In this document: positions 18,825 through 28,696 of the stretch, piece by piece
How positions within the stretch are numbered: the stretch's first letter is position 1
How the letters are laid out: the number at the start of each line of letters is the position of its first letter
Assembly: GCA_026127935.1 (NCBI GenBank)
Contig: JAJSLL010000001.1
Coordinates: 64,040-128,039 of the forward strand
DNA length: 64,000 bases
Direction of reading: 5' to 3'
Source of the DNA: Thermoplasmatales archaeon
GTDB lineage: Archaea > Thermoplasmatota > Thermoplasmata > Thermoplasmatales > GCA-001856825
The notes under the pieces: model-generated
Told to the model about the DNA's origin: nothing
Databases searched by the model: none
What the model saw: the letters and a program-made list of their open reading frames with translations, nothing else
Translations under genes and position numbers: made by a program

Positions 18825-20078
18825 ATGTCCATTTTCGTGTTCAGTGAATCGCAGGAAAAGGTTGATTCATCGTTCAAATTTCTACTAGTTTCCAGATCAG
18901 CAAGAAGCATATCTCTCATGTTCGTCACGCTAGCTTTCTCCCTCTACCTCTACAATCTAGGATATGGTCTTGTATTCATCGGTTTGATCTTTCTTCCGAT
19001 AATTCTGTTCAACATGATTTTCTCCCTGTTTCTAGGTATACTCGGAGACAGGTACGGTTATGTGAAGGCTCTCGTTATCGGTGAGTTACTTCCACTTCTG
19101 GGCCTCGCAGGACTGACTATATCCTCGAACATAGATGTCATCGCCATTTCTGCAGTGATCACTGGCATAACAGGAACTGCCGGTGGAATGAGAGGAGCCT
19201 TCTCACCAGGAACGACCGCTTTTGTCGCAAGCAATTGGCCTGATGAAGCTGACCGAGTGAGAAGGATTGCAAAGATGTCTGTGGTCGCTTCCCTTTCATC
19301 CATAGTGGGAAGCTCCCTACTTGTAGTGCACGGATATCTCAATCCGTACTTCGGGATAACCGGTAGCTTTCGTTTCCTGTTTGGAATCTCTTCTTTCATA
19401 CTCCTCATTTCGTTCGTTTCACTCCTTTTCTTGAAGGAGGTAAAGAGACCGAAGAAAACGAGCAGGATCATGAAGGGTGAGAGCTTCTCATACCTCCTCA
19501 GAGTGCTGTTCCCCAACGTAATAAACGGAGCAGCGATAGGTATTTTCTCCCCGCTGCTGACACTCTGGTTCGAACTAAGGTTCCATGTCTCAATCTCTTA
19601 CATTGGAGAAATCTTCACACTAGCATACGCAGCGACTGCGTTCGGTTCATTCGTCGCTGGAAGATATCTAAACTCAGAAAGGGTGAGGGCAATAACAGTC
19701 TCATCAGTGACTCGACTATTTCAGGGACTCTTGTTGATTGGGATGGCCCTTTCTCCAATTGTTCCAATAGCCTTCTCTCTATATGCGATCAGAAGCGCAG
19801 TTGCAGGCATGGGAATGCCCATGAGAACCGCAATAAACGTCCGGGGAATCGGGAATGAGGACTACGGTACTGCATCCAGTCTTCAGGGAATAGCAACTAG
19901 GGGTTCGCAAACAACATCCGGCATTTCTGGTTATCTGATGGACACATACATCGCATCTCCATTGCTGGTCGGAGGAGCCCTTCAGATCGTTGGATCCGTA
20001 ATTTACTACCGAGCGATTCGAAAATGGGAAAAGAAGTCAGAAATATCTAACGAAAATCATAGTTTGAATAAGAGTTGA
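18825..20078 (+). CDS. Major facilitator superfamily transporter
   Basis: 417 aa with about 12 hydrophobic segments and an MFS-like loop motif GILGDRYGY after TM2. Confidence 0.7.
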   Translation: MSIFVFSESQEKVDSSFKFLLVSRSARSISLMFVTLAFSLYLYNLGYGLVFIGLIFLPIILFNMIFSLFLGILGDRYGYVKALVIGELLPLLGLAGLTISSNIDVIAISAVITGITGTAGGMRGAFSPGTTAFVASNWPDEADRVRRIAKMSVVASLSSIVGSSLLVVHGYLNPYFGITGSFRFLFGISSFILLISFVSLLFLKEVKRPKKTSRIMKGESFSYLLRVLFPNVINGAAIGIFSPLLTLWFELRFHVSISYIGEIFTLAYAATAFGSFVAGRYLNSERVRAITVSSVTRLFQGLLLIGMALSPIVPIAFSLYAIRSAVAGMGMPMRTAINVRGIGNEDYGTASSLQGIATRGSQTTSGISGYLMDTYIASPLLVGGALQIVGSVIYYRAIRKWEKKSEISNENHSLNKS

Positions 20079-20165
20079 AAACCAGAAAATTCAGTTTTGG
20101 ACGGTGTCACGATTTTGCAATAAAGCATACAAAAGATTTTTAATTTTAGGCACGCTAAAATCCCA

Positions 20166-20828
20166 ATGACAGCAGAAACGAATGTGACTACACAGATACC
20201 AAAGATTGGAGACAGAGCTCCCGACTTCCAGGCGAATTCTTCTAAAGGTCCGATATCTCTGAAGGACTATAAGGGAAAGTGGGTGGTATTGTTTTCTCAC
20301 CCCGCAGACTTCACTCCCGTATGCACTACAGAGTTCATAGAGTTTGCAAGGAGGTACGATGAATTTGAACAGAGGAATGCACAACTCGTGGGTCTGAGCA
20401 TTGATTCTGTATATTCCCACATAGCATGGTTGCTGCAGATGGAAAAGATTTACGGAGTTGAGGTAAAGTTTCCAGTCATCGCAGACCTGAACATGAACGT
20501 CGCGCATCTCTACGGTCTCTTACACGAGAGGGCGAGCGCCACGAGTACTGTGAGGGCCGTATTCTTCATAGATCCAGAGGGAGTAGTTAGAGCTTTGATC
20601 TACTACCCAGCGAGCACCGGAAGAAACATAAGTGAGATTCTGAGAGTCCTCGACTCCCTAACGTACGCAGACTCTTTCATGATCGCCACACCGGCAGACT
20701 GGAAAGCAGGCGATGATGTGATAGTTCCCCAACCGGCTACGCTCCAGGCGGCAAAGGATCGATTGAAGGACAAGAACCTTCAAGTCAAAGACTGGTTCCT
20801 TGCAATCAAAAAGTCTCCAAAACAATGA
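20166..20828 (+). CDS. Peroxiredoxin (archaeal Prx6/1-Cys-like subfamily)
   Basis: 220 aa. The peroxidatic Cys motif is FSHPADFTPVCTTE, and ..DSVYSHIAWL.. is also conserved. Confidence 0.9.
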   Translation: MTAETNVTTQIPKIGDRAPDFQANSSKGPISLKDYKGKWVVLFSHPADFTPVCTTEFIEFARRYDEFEQRNAQLVGLSIDSVYSHIAWLLQMEKIYGVEVKFPVIADLNMNVAHLYGLLHERASATSTVRAVFFIDPEGVVRALIYYPASTGRNISEILRVLDSLTYADSFMIATPADWKAGDDVIVPQPATLQAAKDRLKDKNLQVKDWFLAIKKSPKQ

Positions 20829-20936
20829 ATTTTCTTTCTACTATATTGATTTCTTTTTTTTCTCTTGTCTTCAATCTCTCTTTGGATTATTGGTAAATGG
20901 TTTTATTGGCCCATTGTGTTTAGAGATTGATGAGAA

Positions 20937-21464
20937 ATGGATGATCATAAACAACACATTCATAGGTTTCATGGGATGAGGCCGTTCACTTTAGATGACG
21001 AGGCGATTATGGATTTTCTTGGAATAGAGAATGAGATTAGTGTACTGGACGTAGGGGGTGCGGACGGATTCTATGCCAAGAAATTTGCAGCACGAGGGGC
21101 AAGAGTCACAGTGATAGACAATTATGATTACGAATTCAGTACATTGAATTCAATGGGAATCAAAACGATCATTCAGAATTTCTGTGACTATAGCGAAGGG
21201 ACTTTTGATATGGTTTTCATGGCCCACGTTTATCACGACCTGGTCCTTAACTGCAAGGAAAAGACTCTGAAAAATCTAAGAGAGATATCGCCGATTCAAA
21301 TCGGTCATCTAGATTTTGTGAAAAGAGACCTTGAATTTGGCCCACCTGCCTCCATAAAACTAGAAAAACACCAAGTAATTTCAGATATGGAATCCATAGG
21401 ATACAAACTGAAAAAAGACACCGAACTTCCGCATCACTACCTCCAGTTGTTTGAGAAAAAGTGA
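20937..21464 (+). CDS. Class I SAM-dependent methyltransferase
   Basis: 175 aa with motif I VLDVGGADGFYAKKFA, an acidic residue after beta-2 (VTVIDN), and DMVFMAHVYHDL. Confidence 0.6.
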   Translation: MDDHKQHIHRFHGMRPFTLDDEAIMDFLGIENEISVLDVGGADGFYAKKFAARGARVTVIDNYDYEFSTLNSMGIKTIIQNFCDYSEGTFDMVFMAHVYHDLVLNCKEKTLKNLREISPIQIGHLDFVKRDLEFGPPASIKLEKHQVISDMESIGYKLKKDTELPHHYLQLFEKK

Positions 21465-21563
21465 CAATTGGAATTTGTCTACTGACTGCAAAATTTGCAC
21501 CAAAGTTATACCGCCAAGGCTAGAAAGATTATATACTCGCGATAAATATTTAACGGATACAAT

Positions 21564-21818
21564 ATGGAGACTGACGTCACCAACCTAGTTGGGCTTGATA
21601 TTTTCAGCGACAGGGGATACAGATTAGGTACAGTCAACGACGTTATCGTCGATTTTGACGCTCAAACAATCTATGGACTTTATGTCGAAAGAACAAATGA
21701 TGGGCTAGTGGAAGATGGTGTTTCAGTTCTAGTCCCATACAGATGGGTAAGAGCTGTTGGGGATGTCATAATCCTCAAGAGGTTCCCGACATTCGTCTCG
21801 GTGTCGGCCTCAGAATAA
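21564..21818 (+). CDS. PRC-barrel domain protein
   Basis: 84 aa with the ..LVGLDIFSDRGYRLGTVNDVIVDFDAQTIYGLYV.. pattern typical of small archaeal PRC-barrel proteins. Confidence 0.55.
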   Translation: METDVTNLVGLDIFSDRGYRLGTVNDVIVDFDAQTIYGLYVERTNDGLVEDGVSVLVPYRWVRAVGDVIILKRFPTFVSVSASE

Positions 21819-21873
21819 TCTATCCTTTTCTGTTTTGTTTCTCCAAAAGGCACTCTACTTTTAGTGCTTTCTC

Positions 21874-23565
21874 TCAGGGATGAGTGAAGTACCCTTCCTT
21901 TTCATCAAGCACGTTAACGTAACCATATCTCTCAAACTGGTTCACTTTCCCAGTGAATCTGAGTGCATCTTTCTCCAGTAGTCCTTCTTCGGAAGTTCCG
22001 TCCGGCTTGATTACCTTGAAAGGCACATCGTTGCCTGACAACCAGTGGATTATCGGAACCTTTCCTAGAGGGCGACCTGGATTCCACTTTTGCACATCCT
22101 CCAGTATTTCCTGTCCAATGTACTCGATATTCTCATCTCCAATCTTGAAGTACCCAAGATCCTTTAGTCTCACCAACTCACCCTTGAATTTCTGGTAGTC
22201 CTGGGATGTGATTGAAATCGATCCTTTCCCAACTAAATACTCTCTCTTTTCCTGAGTCGCAGAATTGCCGGTCTGAGGATACAGTGGGATGGAAGCTTTG
22301 AGCTTTCCCTCGAATTCAAACTTGAGTGACACCGGTTGGTTGACGAAGAAGTGCCTAGGAGAGACGTTGTCAATTATCTTCCTGTTGAACGAGTAAAATA
22401 TCTCCCATGAGAACGTGGTATCAACGCTCCCTATACCTGACTCAACGTAATATTTCCTGATAGCAAGGGGACTGAATCCTCTCTTCTTTAGAGCAACGAG
22501 AGTTCCCAGCTTTGGATCGTCCCATCCGGTGAACTCACCGCTCCTTATGCCCTTCTTTATCAGAGAGGTCTTGAGAATCGTGTGCTCTATTGAAACCTTG
22601 CCGTAGTGAAGATAGAAAGGGAGTTTCCAGTTTCTGTAACCGAAGATGTATTTCTGTTTCTCCGTGTTCGCAGTGTGATCCTTTCCCCTTATGACGTGGG
22701 TCAGTCCGTTGTAGTGATCGTCCACTGCCACGGAGAAATTCATCATAGGATAAGCCTTGTACCTGTCTCCTTCCAGTGGGTGCGGGGTGTCTACAATCCT
22801 GAACGCGATAAAATCTCTTATCGCTGGATTTGGATGGGTCAAGTCTGTCTTGACGACAGCATATGCTTCTCCCTTCGCATAATCGCCGGAGACCATCTTA
22901 TCCCACCGTTCCAAATTTTCTTCGGGCGTTTCATCTCTTTCCTTTATGGGCATTCCCTGTTGTTTTCTCGATTTGAATTCTTCTGTTGGGGAAGTTGCAA
23001 CATAGGCCTTTCTCATTTCAATGAGATTCTTCATCTCGCTGTAGTAGAGTTCGAATCTCTTAGACTGAATAACAAGGTCTGTAAAATTCACATCCAGCCA
23101 GTGCAGGTCATCTTGTATCATCTGGTACGCTTCTGGCTCGTTGTTGGTTGGGTTTGTGTCCTCAATCCTCAATACCAGCTTTCCACCATATCTCCTGAAG
23201 TATTCGTCGTTCAGAATGGCCATCCTTGCATGCCCGATGTGAAGAGGTCCCGAGGCAGAAGGAGCCATCCTCATCACCACTCCTTCCTTACCAACGCCTG
23301 GCAGGTCCGGTAATCTCTTTTCCTCCTCCTTTGAAGTAGTAGCGAGAAGTTCCGGGAAATACCTCTCAATAATTGCCTTCATTTCTTCTGCAGAAATGGA
23401 ATTCACTTCGTCCACTATCTCTTTGATTAGTGGCATCAGAGTCTTCAGATTCTTTCGCTCTTCTGGGAAAAGTGATATGGTCTTCGAAATTACTGAATTG
23501 AGTTCTGCCTTGCCCTCATGCCCCAGTGCGTTGAAAGACGCTACCGCCCTTATTTTGTCCTTCAC
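21874..23565 (-). CDS. gltX: Glutamyl-tRNA synthetase (archaeal type)
   Basis: 563 aa with class I HIGH motif PLHIGHAR and an archaeal-type N-terminal region (..ALGHEGKAELNSVISK..). Confidence 0.9.
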   Translation of the reverse strand: MKDKIRAVASFNALGHEGKAELNSVISKTISLFPEERKNLKTLMPLIKEIVDEVNSISAEEMKAIIERYFPELLATTSKEEEKRLPDLPGVGKEGVVMRMAPSASGPLHIGHARMAILNDEYFRRYGGKLVLRIEDTNPTNNEPEAYQMIQDDLHWLDVNFTDLVIQSKRFELYYSEMKNLIEMRKAYVATSPTEEFKSRKQQGMPIKERDETPEENLERWDKMVSGDYAKGEAYAVVKTDLTHPNPAIRDFIAFRIVDTPHPLEGDRYKAYPMMNFSVAVDDHYNGLTHVIRGKDHTANTEKQKYIFGYRNWKLPFYLHYGKVSIEHTILKTSLIKKGIRSGEFTGWDDPKLGTLVALKKRGFSPLAIRKYYVESGIGSVDTTFSWEIFYSFNRKIIDNVSPRHFFVNQPVSLKFEFEGKLKASIPLYPQTGNSATQEKREYLVGKGSISITSQDYQKFKGELVRLKDLGYFKIGDENIEYIGQEILEDVQKWNPGRPLGKVPIIHWLSGNDVPFKVIKPDGTSEEGLLEKDALRFTGKVNQFERYGYVNVLDEKEGYFTHP

Positions 23566-24505
23566 GAATGCTCGCCTCCATTCTCTTTTTCAATTCTTCA
23601 ATGCCCTCTCCCGTTGCGCACGATATCTTAAGATTGTCACTTTCAACTCTTTCCAGATCCATCTTGTTCTCAACAACGAGAACATTTTTCCCAAGTTCTT
23701 TTATTGAATCGCAAAGTTTCTTCTGGTCTTCCAATCTGTAGCCGCATTCTTCCGATGGATCAAGCATGCAGACTACAACGTCACCGATATTGTTTATGGC
23801 TGCGAGAGCCACTTTCTCTATAGCGTTGTGGTTCCTCCTGTTAAGAAGTCCAGGCACATCCAGCACTTCGTAGATGCCGTTTCCCATCTTCATCATTCCA
23901 ACATTGATGTCCTTGGTGGTGAACGGGTAATCTGCTATTTCTGGGGAGAGATTTGTGAGCTTCGATATGAGGGATGATTTTCCAACGTTCGGGAAACCCG
24001 CTATTATGACTATCCTCATCTGCCTGCTCACCTGTGGTACTTTCTTCAGCACTTCCCTCGCCCCCCTGAGGAAGACTAGGGACTCGTCCAGATCCTCAAT
24101 CACGGATGAAAATCTACCGTAGAAAGCGGACCTGTATCTGGCAATTACGGTCAGGTTTGGCGCCTTCTTTATTCCCCTTATCGAGTTGGTCGCGAACTCC
24201 GTTATCTTGCTGTTTGCCCACTTGAGATTGTTCAGCGACCTCTCGTACTCTCTGCCGTTGACCATTATGAACAGCACGTCTCTCTCGAACCTGTCGAGAT
24301 CATCGAATTTCGGGAATCCATTGTAGACCCTTCCGACGGCCTTCTTTGCGGTCGCTTCCATCAGCTTGATTTTCTGTATGGAAACTGATTTCAATTTGCC
24401 AACGAAGCTTGGCAGGTATATGTTCTGAACTTTCTTGATGTCCTTGAAACTCCTCTCAATGATCTCCTTCGCATCCGGAACGCTAGGGATCTTGTCGGGT
24501 ATCAA
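23516..24505 (-). CDS. NOG1-like GTP-binding protein
   Basis: 329 aa with a NOG1-type N-terminal region, then G1 GFPNVGKSS, G3 DVPGL and G4 NKMD. Confidence 0.8.
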   Translation of the reverse strand: MIPDKIPSVPDAKEIIERSFKDIKKVQNIYLPSFVGKLKSVSIQKIKLMEATAKKAVGRVYNGFPKFDDLDRFERDVLFIMVNGREYERSLNNLKWANSKITEFATNSIRGIKKAPNLTVIARYRSAFYGRFSSVIEDLDESLVFLRGAREVLKKVPQVSRQMRIVIIAGFPNVGKSSLISKLTNLSPEIADYPFTTKDINVGMMKMGNGIYEVLDVPGLLNRRNHNAIEKVALAAINNIGDVVVCMLDPSEECGYRLEDQKKLCDSIKELGKNVLVVENKMDLERVESDNLKISCATGEGIEELKKRMEASIREGQNKGGSVFQRTGA

Positions 24506-26076
24506 GAGACTACCTCTTGGATATCCAGTTCTCCCAGGACGACAGGCATCTTGATGCCCATGCTCTTCAAAATTCTCGGATGAACCTCTCCGAAGAATCC
24601 GATCTTCTTGCCAAGCACTGAAATTCCAGCTATTCTGCCAGGCACGTACATGGTCTGCTCATCCCTCGAGATCTCGTATCTCTCGATTCCAAGATCCTCC
24701 AGAATGCTGACAAAAATTCCCTTAATTAACGAAAAGGAGGATGCCCTGTCTGCTATTCCGATCCCCAGTACGTCCCTTTCCCTTCCGTCAATGTACACAC
24801 TCCCTATTTCGAATATTCTCTGGGGATAGGGGTGTCTGAAATTGTTCTTGAAAGTCTGCATCAGGGAGGGGGACATCCTGGTCCTGACGGAATCCTGCTC
24901 CTGACTGACTGGATTTAGGATGTCTGTTCTTGCGTCTCCGAAGCCATAAACGGAATTGTACTTGCTGTTGACGAGAACGCTGCTCACTGTTTCGATGAGG
25001 TCATAACCCACCATGAGCTCTCGCAGCTTGCTCTCCATCAATCTCAGTGGATTTGCTTTCCCGTAGCTCACGAAACCCTCCTTCATCCTCCTGATATTCT
25101 CGTATCCCAGTCCCTTAAACACGTCTTCCAGAACGTCCACATCCGCTATTATGTCAGTCCTGTACAGTGGAACGGTCGCTTTCCCTTCACTGAAACCATA
25201 TCCCATCTTGACAAGAGAAGAAGCCATCTCCTCTTCAGTCAGGTCGTAGCCGAGGAGATTCTTCACGGCTTTTTTTGAAATTTCCCTCGTCTGGTATTCC
25301 AGCTTGGGTGCCACTGCACCATTCAGCATCAGGGTTGATATTGCACCGGAAGGATATGAAAGAGCGGTCAGCATGAGAACCATTGTCCTCTCCACGGCAT
25401 TCAGGTTCGTGCCCTCCACGTCCACGAGCAGGTCTTCCGTGTCTTCAGTGACCGTGGTGACTGCCGAGTTGAGAATTGGGGGGAGCGATATTATTTTCCC
25501 ATCTGCGTCAATAATTCCCGGTATCTTTTCCGGCACCAGATCCCCATAATCAATGGCCTTTGGATGCTGTTTCATGAATTCGGAAATCTTCACCTCTTCG
25601 GTCTCTCCGAGGGGAACGAACTTTTCTTCCCTTGTAACCTCCTCGTACGATATGGGGAATTTAACCTTCTTGAGATCGTGGAGTCCTATCGAAGACAGCT
25701 TCCTGTTTCTTCCGATGGTCAGGTGTATCTTTTCCTGGTAATCTATGATTTCAGGAATCAAGTTCCTGACCTTGCATCCCCTCACTATACCCACGGTGAA
25801 ATAAGGCCTGTACTTTGGTGGAAAAGAACTCACAATCAGATTTTCATTATTGATCGTCTGAACTGAGAATTTTTCAATACCTTCAAATGTCCGAATTGCC
25901 CTGATTATTCCCTGGATGGAGTATAAGTCGGGCCTGTCTGGATTAAACTCCATGACTACTTCTTCGCCATCCTCCCTTGCTTCCCCTCCCAGGAGCCAAG
26001 GTACTTTCAATAGCTGATCCTCAGACAAACCTGAGAAATCCATTAGTTTCTTTTCATCAAACCTGACCAATACCAT
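24502..26076 (-). CDS. pheT: Phenylalanyl-tRNA synthetase beta subunit (archaeal)
   Basis: 524 aa with the archaeal PheT N-terminus (..EFNPDRPDLYSIQGIIRAIR..) and B3/B4 and B5-like regions. Confidence 0.9.
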   Translation of the reverse strand: MVLVRFDEKKLMDFSGLSEDQLLKVPWLLGGEAREDGEEVVMEFNPDRPDLYSIQGIIRAIRTFEGIEKFSVQTINNENLIVSSFPPKYRPYFTVGIVRGCKVRNLIPEIIDYQEKIHLTIGRNRKLSSIGLHDLKKVKFPISYEEVTREEKFVPLGETEEVKISEFMKQHPKAIDYGDLVPEKIPGIIDADGKIISLPPILNSAVTTVTEDTEDLLVDVEGTNLNAVERTMVLMLTALSYPSGAISTLMLNGAVAPKLEYQTREISKKAVKNLLGYDLTEEEMASSLVKMGYGFSEGKATVPLYRTDIIADVDVLEDVFKGLGYENIRRMKEGFVSYGKANPLRLMESKLRELMVGYDLIETVSSVLVNSKYNSVYGFGDARTDILNPVSQEQDSVRTRMSPSLMQTFKNNFRHPYPQRIFEIGSVYIDGRERDVLGIGIADRASSFSLIKGIFVSILEDLGIERYEISRDEQTMYVPGRIAGISVLGKKIGFFGEVHPRILKSMGIKMPVVLGELDIQEVVS

Positions 26077-26436
26077 TTATTGAGGGATAGGGACTTCATA
26101 TTTATAAATGCGGAAATTTGTAATCCTCTAACATAATCCACTCGTGATAGTCGATAAACTATTAGAAACAATACACGAACTGAAAGATTGAGGGGCACTC
26201 ACCAGTGAAGATCAATTTTCTTCAAATGTTTCAGTGTCTCTTTTCTTACAGTAGAGTCCTTCAGTATCACTTTAATGAAGAGACCTTCAATTAACAAAGA
26301 TTCCATGAAGGGAGTCTCATTTCTACCCGAGCTCTCTAGCTAAATTAGGAGACCTTGGAATAATAATGTTCCTCGCTTACGCTCTCAAAAAAGTATTTAT
26401 TAACTCAAACCTTTCCGAAAGAAGAGATGGTAGTGT

Positions 26437-27114
26437 TTGGCTAAGGAGAAAGCAAGCAGAGTTGCCTCGAAGAAAGTGAAGGATAAGTGGAAGGCAAAGA
26501 AATGGTATACGATACTCGCAAACGAATCATTTGGGAAGAAGGAAATAGGTAGCTCACCCGCATCCTCCCCGGAGGAGATGGTGGGAAGAGTTTCCGAAGC
26601 GTCACTCTCGGATATAACGGGGGACTACAAGCAGAGTCACGTAAAACTGTATTTCAGAATTACCAAGACGGAAGGTGACAAAGCCTATACGGAGTTTGAG
26701 GGTCACGAAATTAACCAGGATTACATCAGAAGGATGATAAGGAGAAGGAAAACAAGAATAGACCTGGTGGTGGATGCTGTAACCTCAGACAACAGCAGAA
26801 TCAGGATCAAGCCACTGATAGTGGTGGACAGAAAGGTCATAAACAATATCGAAACGGGGATCAGAAACAGAGTAGCTGAGTTCCTGAAGGCCAAAGTCAA
26901 GGAGCAACCAATTAGCCAGTTCATCGTCTACATGTTTTCCACCCAGATTTACAACGACCTTTATGAGCAAATCAAGGTAATTTATCCGGCCAAGAAAATA
27001 GAGATCAGGAGTTCGGAGGTTTTCGAACTGCCAGGGAAAGTTAGAGAAGAAGCGAAGATAGACACTGAGCCGGTGGAAGAACAGGAAGAGGAATCTGAAG
27101 CCGGGATGGCTTAG
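26437..27114 (+). CDS. rps3ae: Ribosomal protein eS1 (S3Ae)
   Basis: 225 aa with a TTG start and ..KVKDKWKAKKWYTILANESFG.. Its last 15 nt overlap the tRNA-Met 5' end. Confidence 0.9.
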   Translation: MAKEKASRVASKKVKDKWKAKKWYTILANESFGKKEIGSSPASSPEEMVGRVSEASLSDITGDYKQSHVKLYFRITKTEGDKAYTEFEGHEINQDYIRRMIRRRKTRIDLVVDAVTSDNSRIRIKPLIVVDRKVINNIETGIRNRVAEFLKAKVKEQPISQFIVYMFSTQIYNDLYEQIKVIYPAKKIEIRSSEVFELPGKVREEAKIDTEPVEEQEEESEAGMA

Positions 27115-27191
27115 CTGGTGGAGCACCGGACTCATAGGGATTGAAACACTGAGACATCCGGAGGTCGCGGGTTCGAACCCCGTTCCCGGCA
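27100..27191 (+). tRNA. tRNA with anticodon CAT (elongator Met, or Ile2 if modified) carrying a 19-nt intron at 37/38
   Basis: Hand-folded. Acceptor GCCGGGA/TCCCGGC, D stem GCTT/GAGC, anticodon stem CCGGA/TCCGG with loop CTCATA|intron|A, and T arm GCGGG-TTCGAAC-CCCGT. The intron at 27137..27155 forms a CTCA/TGAG helix flanked by 3-nt bulges. G1:C72 argues against an initiator tRNA. Confidence 0.85.
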
Positions 27192-27489
27192 TCTACGTCA
27201 TTCAGCCTTTAGCGGCAGTTTTACGAAATTTTTTTGAAACGTGAGAGACCGCATCTATCTTCTCGGATTATTGCCGAATTCTTTCGGATCAACTTCAGAA
27301 CACAAACCGGCTGTGTTACTACCAATTAAATTTACATCAATAGAGATCGTCTATTGCATGTGAGACTAGAGGAAATTTTCGAAATGACAGAAAGGAAGCG
27401 TTGTAAGGCATCAAGAATTCGTAAAATTGCACTCGGTCTCAGCACAATAAAGAAAAGTAACTATCAAGATTCTTCCAGACACGATTGCG

Positions 27490-28065
27490 TCAAAGGAGTG
27501 CTTTGACTTTGTCCAAGAAAGACTTTCCAAACATGGAGGCATAATTCCTCAATAACACAGTATCAGATTGGGCGAGCAGCGAACGCAGAGTTTCTGGATC
27601 CAGACCTATCCCATAATACAGGAAATCCAGTATTATCTTCTCTGGTCTTGATACTGGGACAAAGAGATTGGAGTAATTGACGTACTCGAAGCCAAAGAAG
27701 TACTTCTTGTTTATTCTTCTCACCTTGACCCTTTGTCCCATGATGAGTCTGATACCGGGATTTGCCTTGGAGGTTGTTACAACAATCGGTATGGATTGTT
27801 GCGTCCAAATCTTCCTTATGGTCAGCGCGTATTCCATCCCGTAATAGAAAGGTCTAAAGGCATAACCGGAAACCGCCTCGTTCTTGGAAAAGGTGTAGAA
27901 ACCTCTCTTAAGCCTTACCAATTCATTTCTCTCAGCCATGTTGTGCAGGAGAAGCTTGCTGTACCCCCCAACCGCACCATATCTGGACAGATATCTTTCC
28001 GCCTCGCTAGAAGTAAATATAGGCTTTCTCGAAAAGTATTCTGAAAAGCGTTTCTTATAGATCAT
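27490..28065 (-). CDS. AbiEi-like (type IV toxin-antitoxin antitoxin/transcriptional regulator) protein
   Basis: 191 aa. The N-terminal wHTH signature is ..IFTSSEAERYL..NELVRLKRGFYTF.. It overlaps the AbiEii-like gene by 11 nt. Confidence 0.6.
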   Translation of the reverse strand: MIYKKRFSEYFSRKPIFTSSEAERYLSRYGAVGGYSKLLLHNMAERNELVRLKRGFYTFSKNEAVSGYAFRPFYYGMEYALTIRKIWTQQSIPIVVTTSKANPGIRLIMGQRVKVRRINKKYFFGFEYVNYSNLFVPVSRPEKIILDFLYYGIGLDPETLRSLLAQSDTVLLRNYASMFGKSFLDKVKALL

Positions 28066-28696
28066 CCAGCCAACTCCTCAGGAAGCCGGACATCTCGGAA
28101 TAAGTAATGTTGGCATTGCCTGCATAAATAAGGGATCCAAGAATTTTTTCGTCAGAAGGTGATTGCATAGCATCGAGGAAATTGGAGAGGGAAGATCTTA
28201 TCAGATAGTCTTCCTTGTCTAGAAACTTCGTCAGTACAAAGAGATCATAAATGTCCCTGACCAACCTTCGCCCGAGGTAGGCTTCTATTTTTCTGACAAA
28301 GAGTTCTGTCGGAGTAAGGACGTTTATTGTGAGGGAAGAACCATCGGTCCTATAGTATTCCCTAATCATGTTCTCTCCTGTACCTCCTTTGGCCTTAATG
28401 AGTACGGAAACGTCATCGTTCGTTATTCGAACGTTTGTTGGAAACTCTGGGTCTCTCCACGACAGTTTCAAACCATATTTGGGCAGAAGGACCAATAGAT
28501 CCTCAACAGACGAGTTTTTCATGTAAATGTCAAGGTCTTCAGAAAACCTCATTCCGCCATAACATCTCCATACTGCAGTACCTCCATAGAGCAAAGCGGA
28601 AGGCTCGACCCTAGAATATATCAGGTCCATCAAGTAGTCCTGCAGTGAAGCTATTTTGAGTCTTTCTCCCGAAATCAGGTTTCCGATTGGTTCCAT
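28055..28696 (-). CDS. AbiEii/AbiGii-family nucleotidyltransferase toxin (DUF1814)
   Basis: 213 aa with the hallmark LLYGGTAVWRCYGGMRFSEDLDIY and the later ..RLVRDIYDLFVL.. Confidence 0.75.
   Translation of the reverse strand: MEPIGNLISGERLKIASLQDYLMDLIYSRVEPSALLYGGTAVWRCYGGMRFSEDLDIYMKNSSVEDLLVLLPKYGLKLSWRDPEFPTNVRITNDDVSVLIKAKGGTGENMIREYYRTDGSSLTINVLTPTELFVRKIEAYLGRRLVRDIYDLFVLTKFLDKEDYLIRSSLSNFLDAMQSPSDEKILGSLIYAGNANITYSEMSGFLRSWLDDL

Noticed and set aside
23516-23565. 50-nt overlap between the gltX start and the upstream GTPase gene end, considered as a mis-called gltX start.
   Set aside because: The gltX N-terminal residues encoded in the overlap (..AVASFNALGHEGKA..) match the conserved archaeal GluRS N-terminus, so the overlap is probably real and unremarkable.
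26785-27192. 135-aa minus-strand ORF.
   Set aside because: It is antisense to the conserved rps3ae 3' half and to tRNA-Met, with no motif support.
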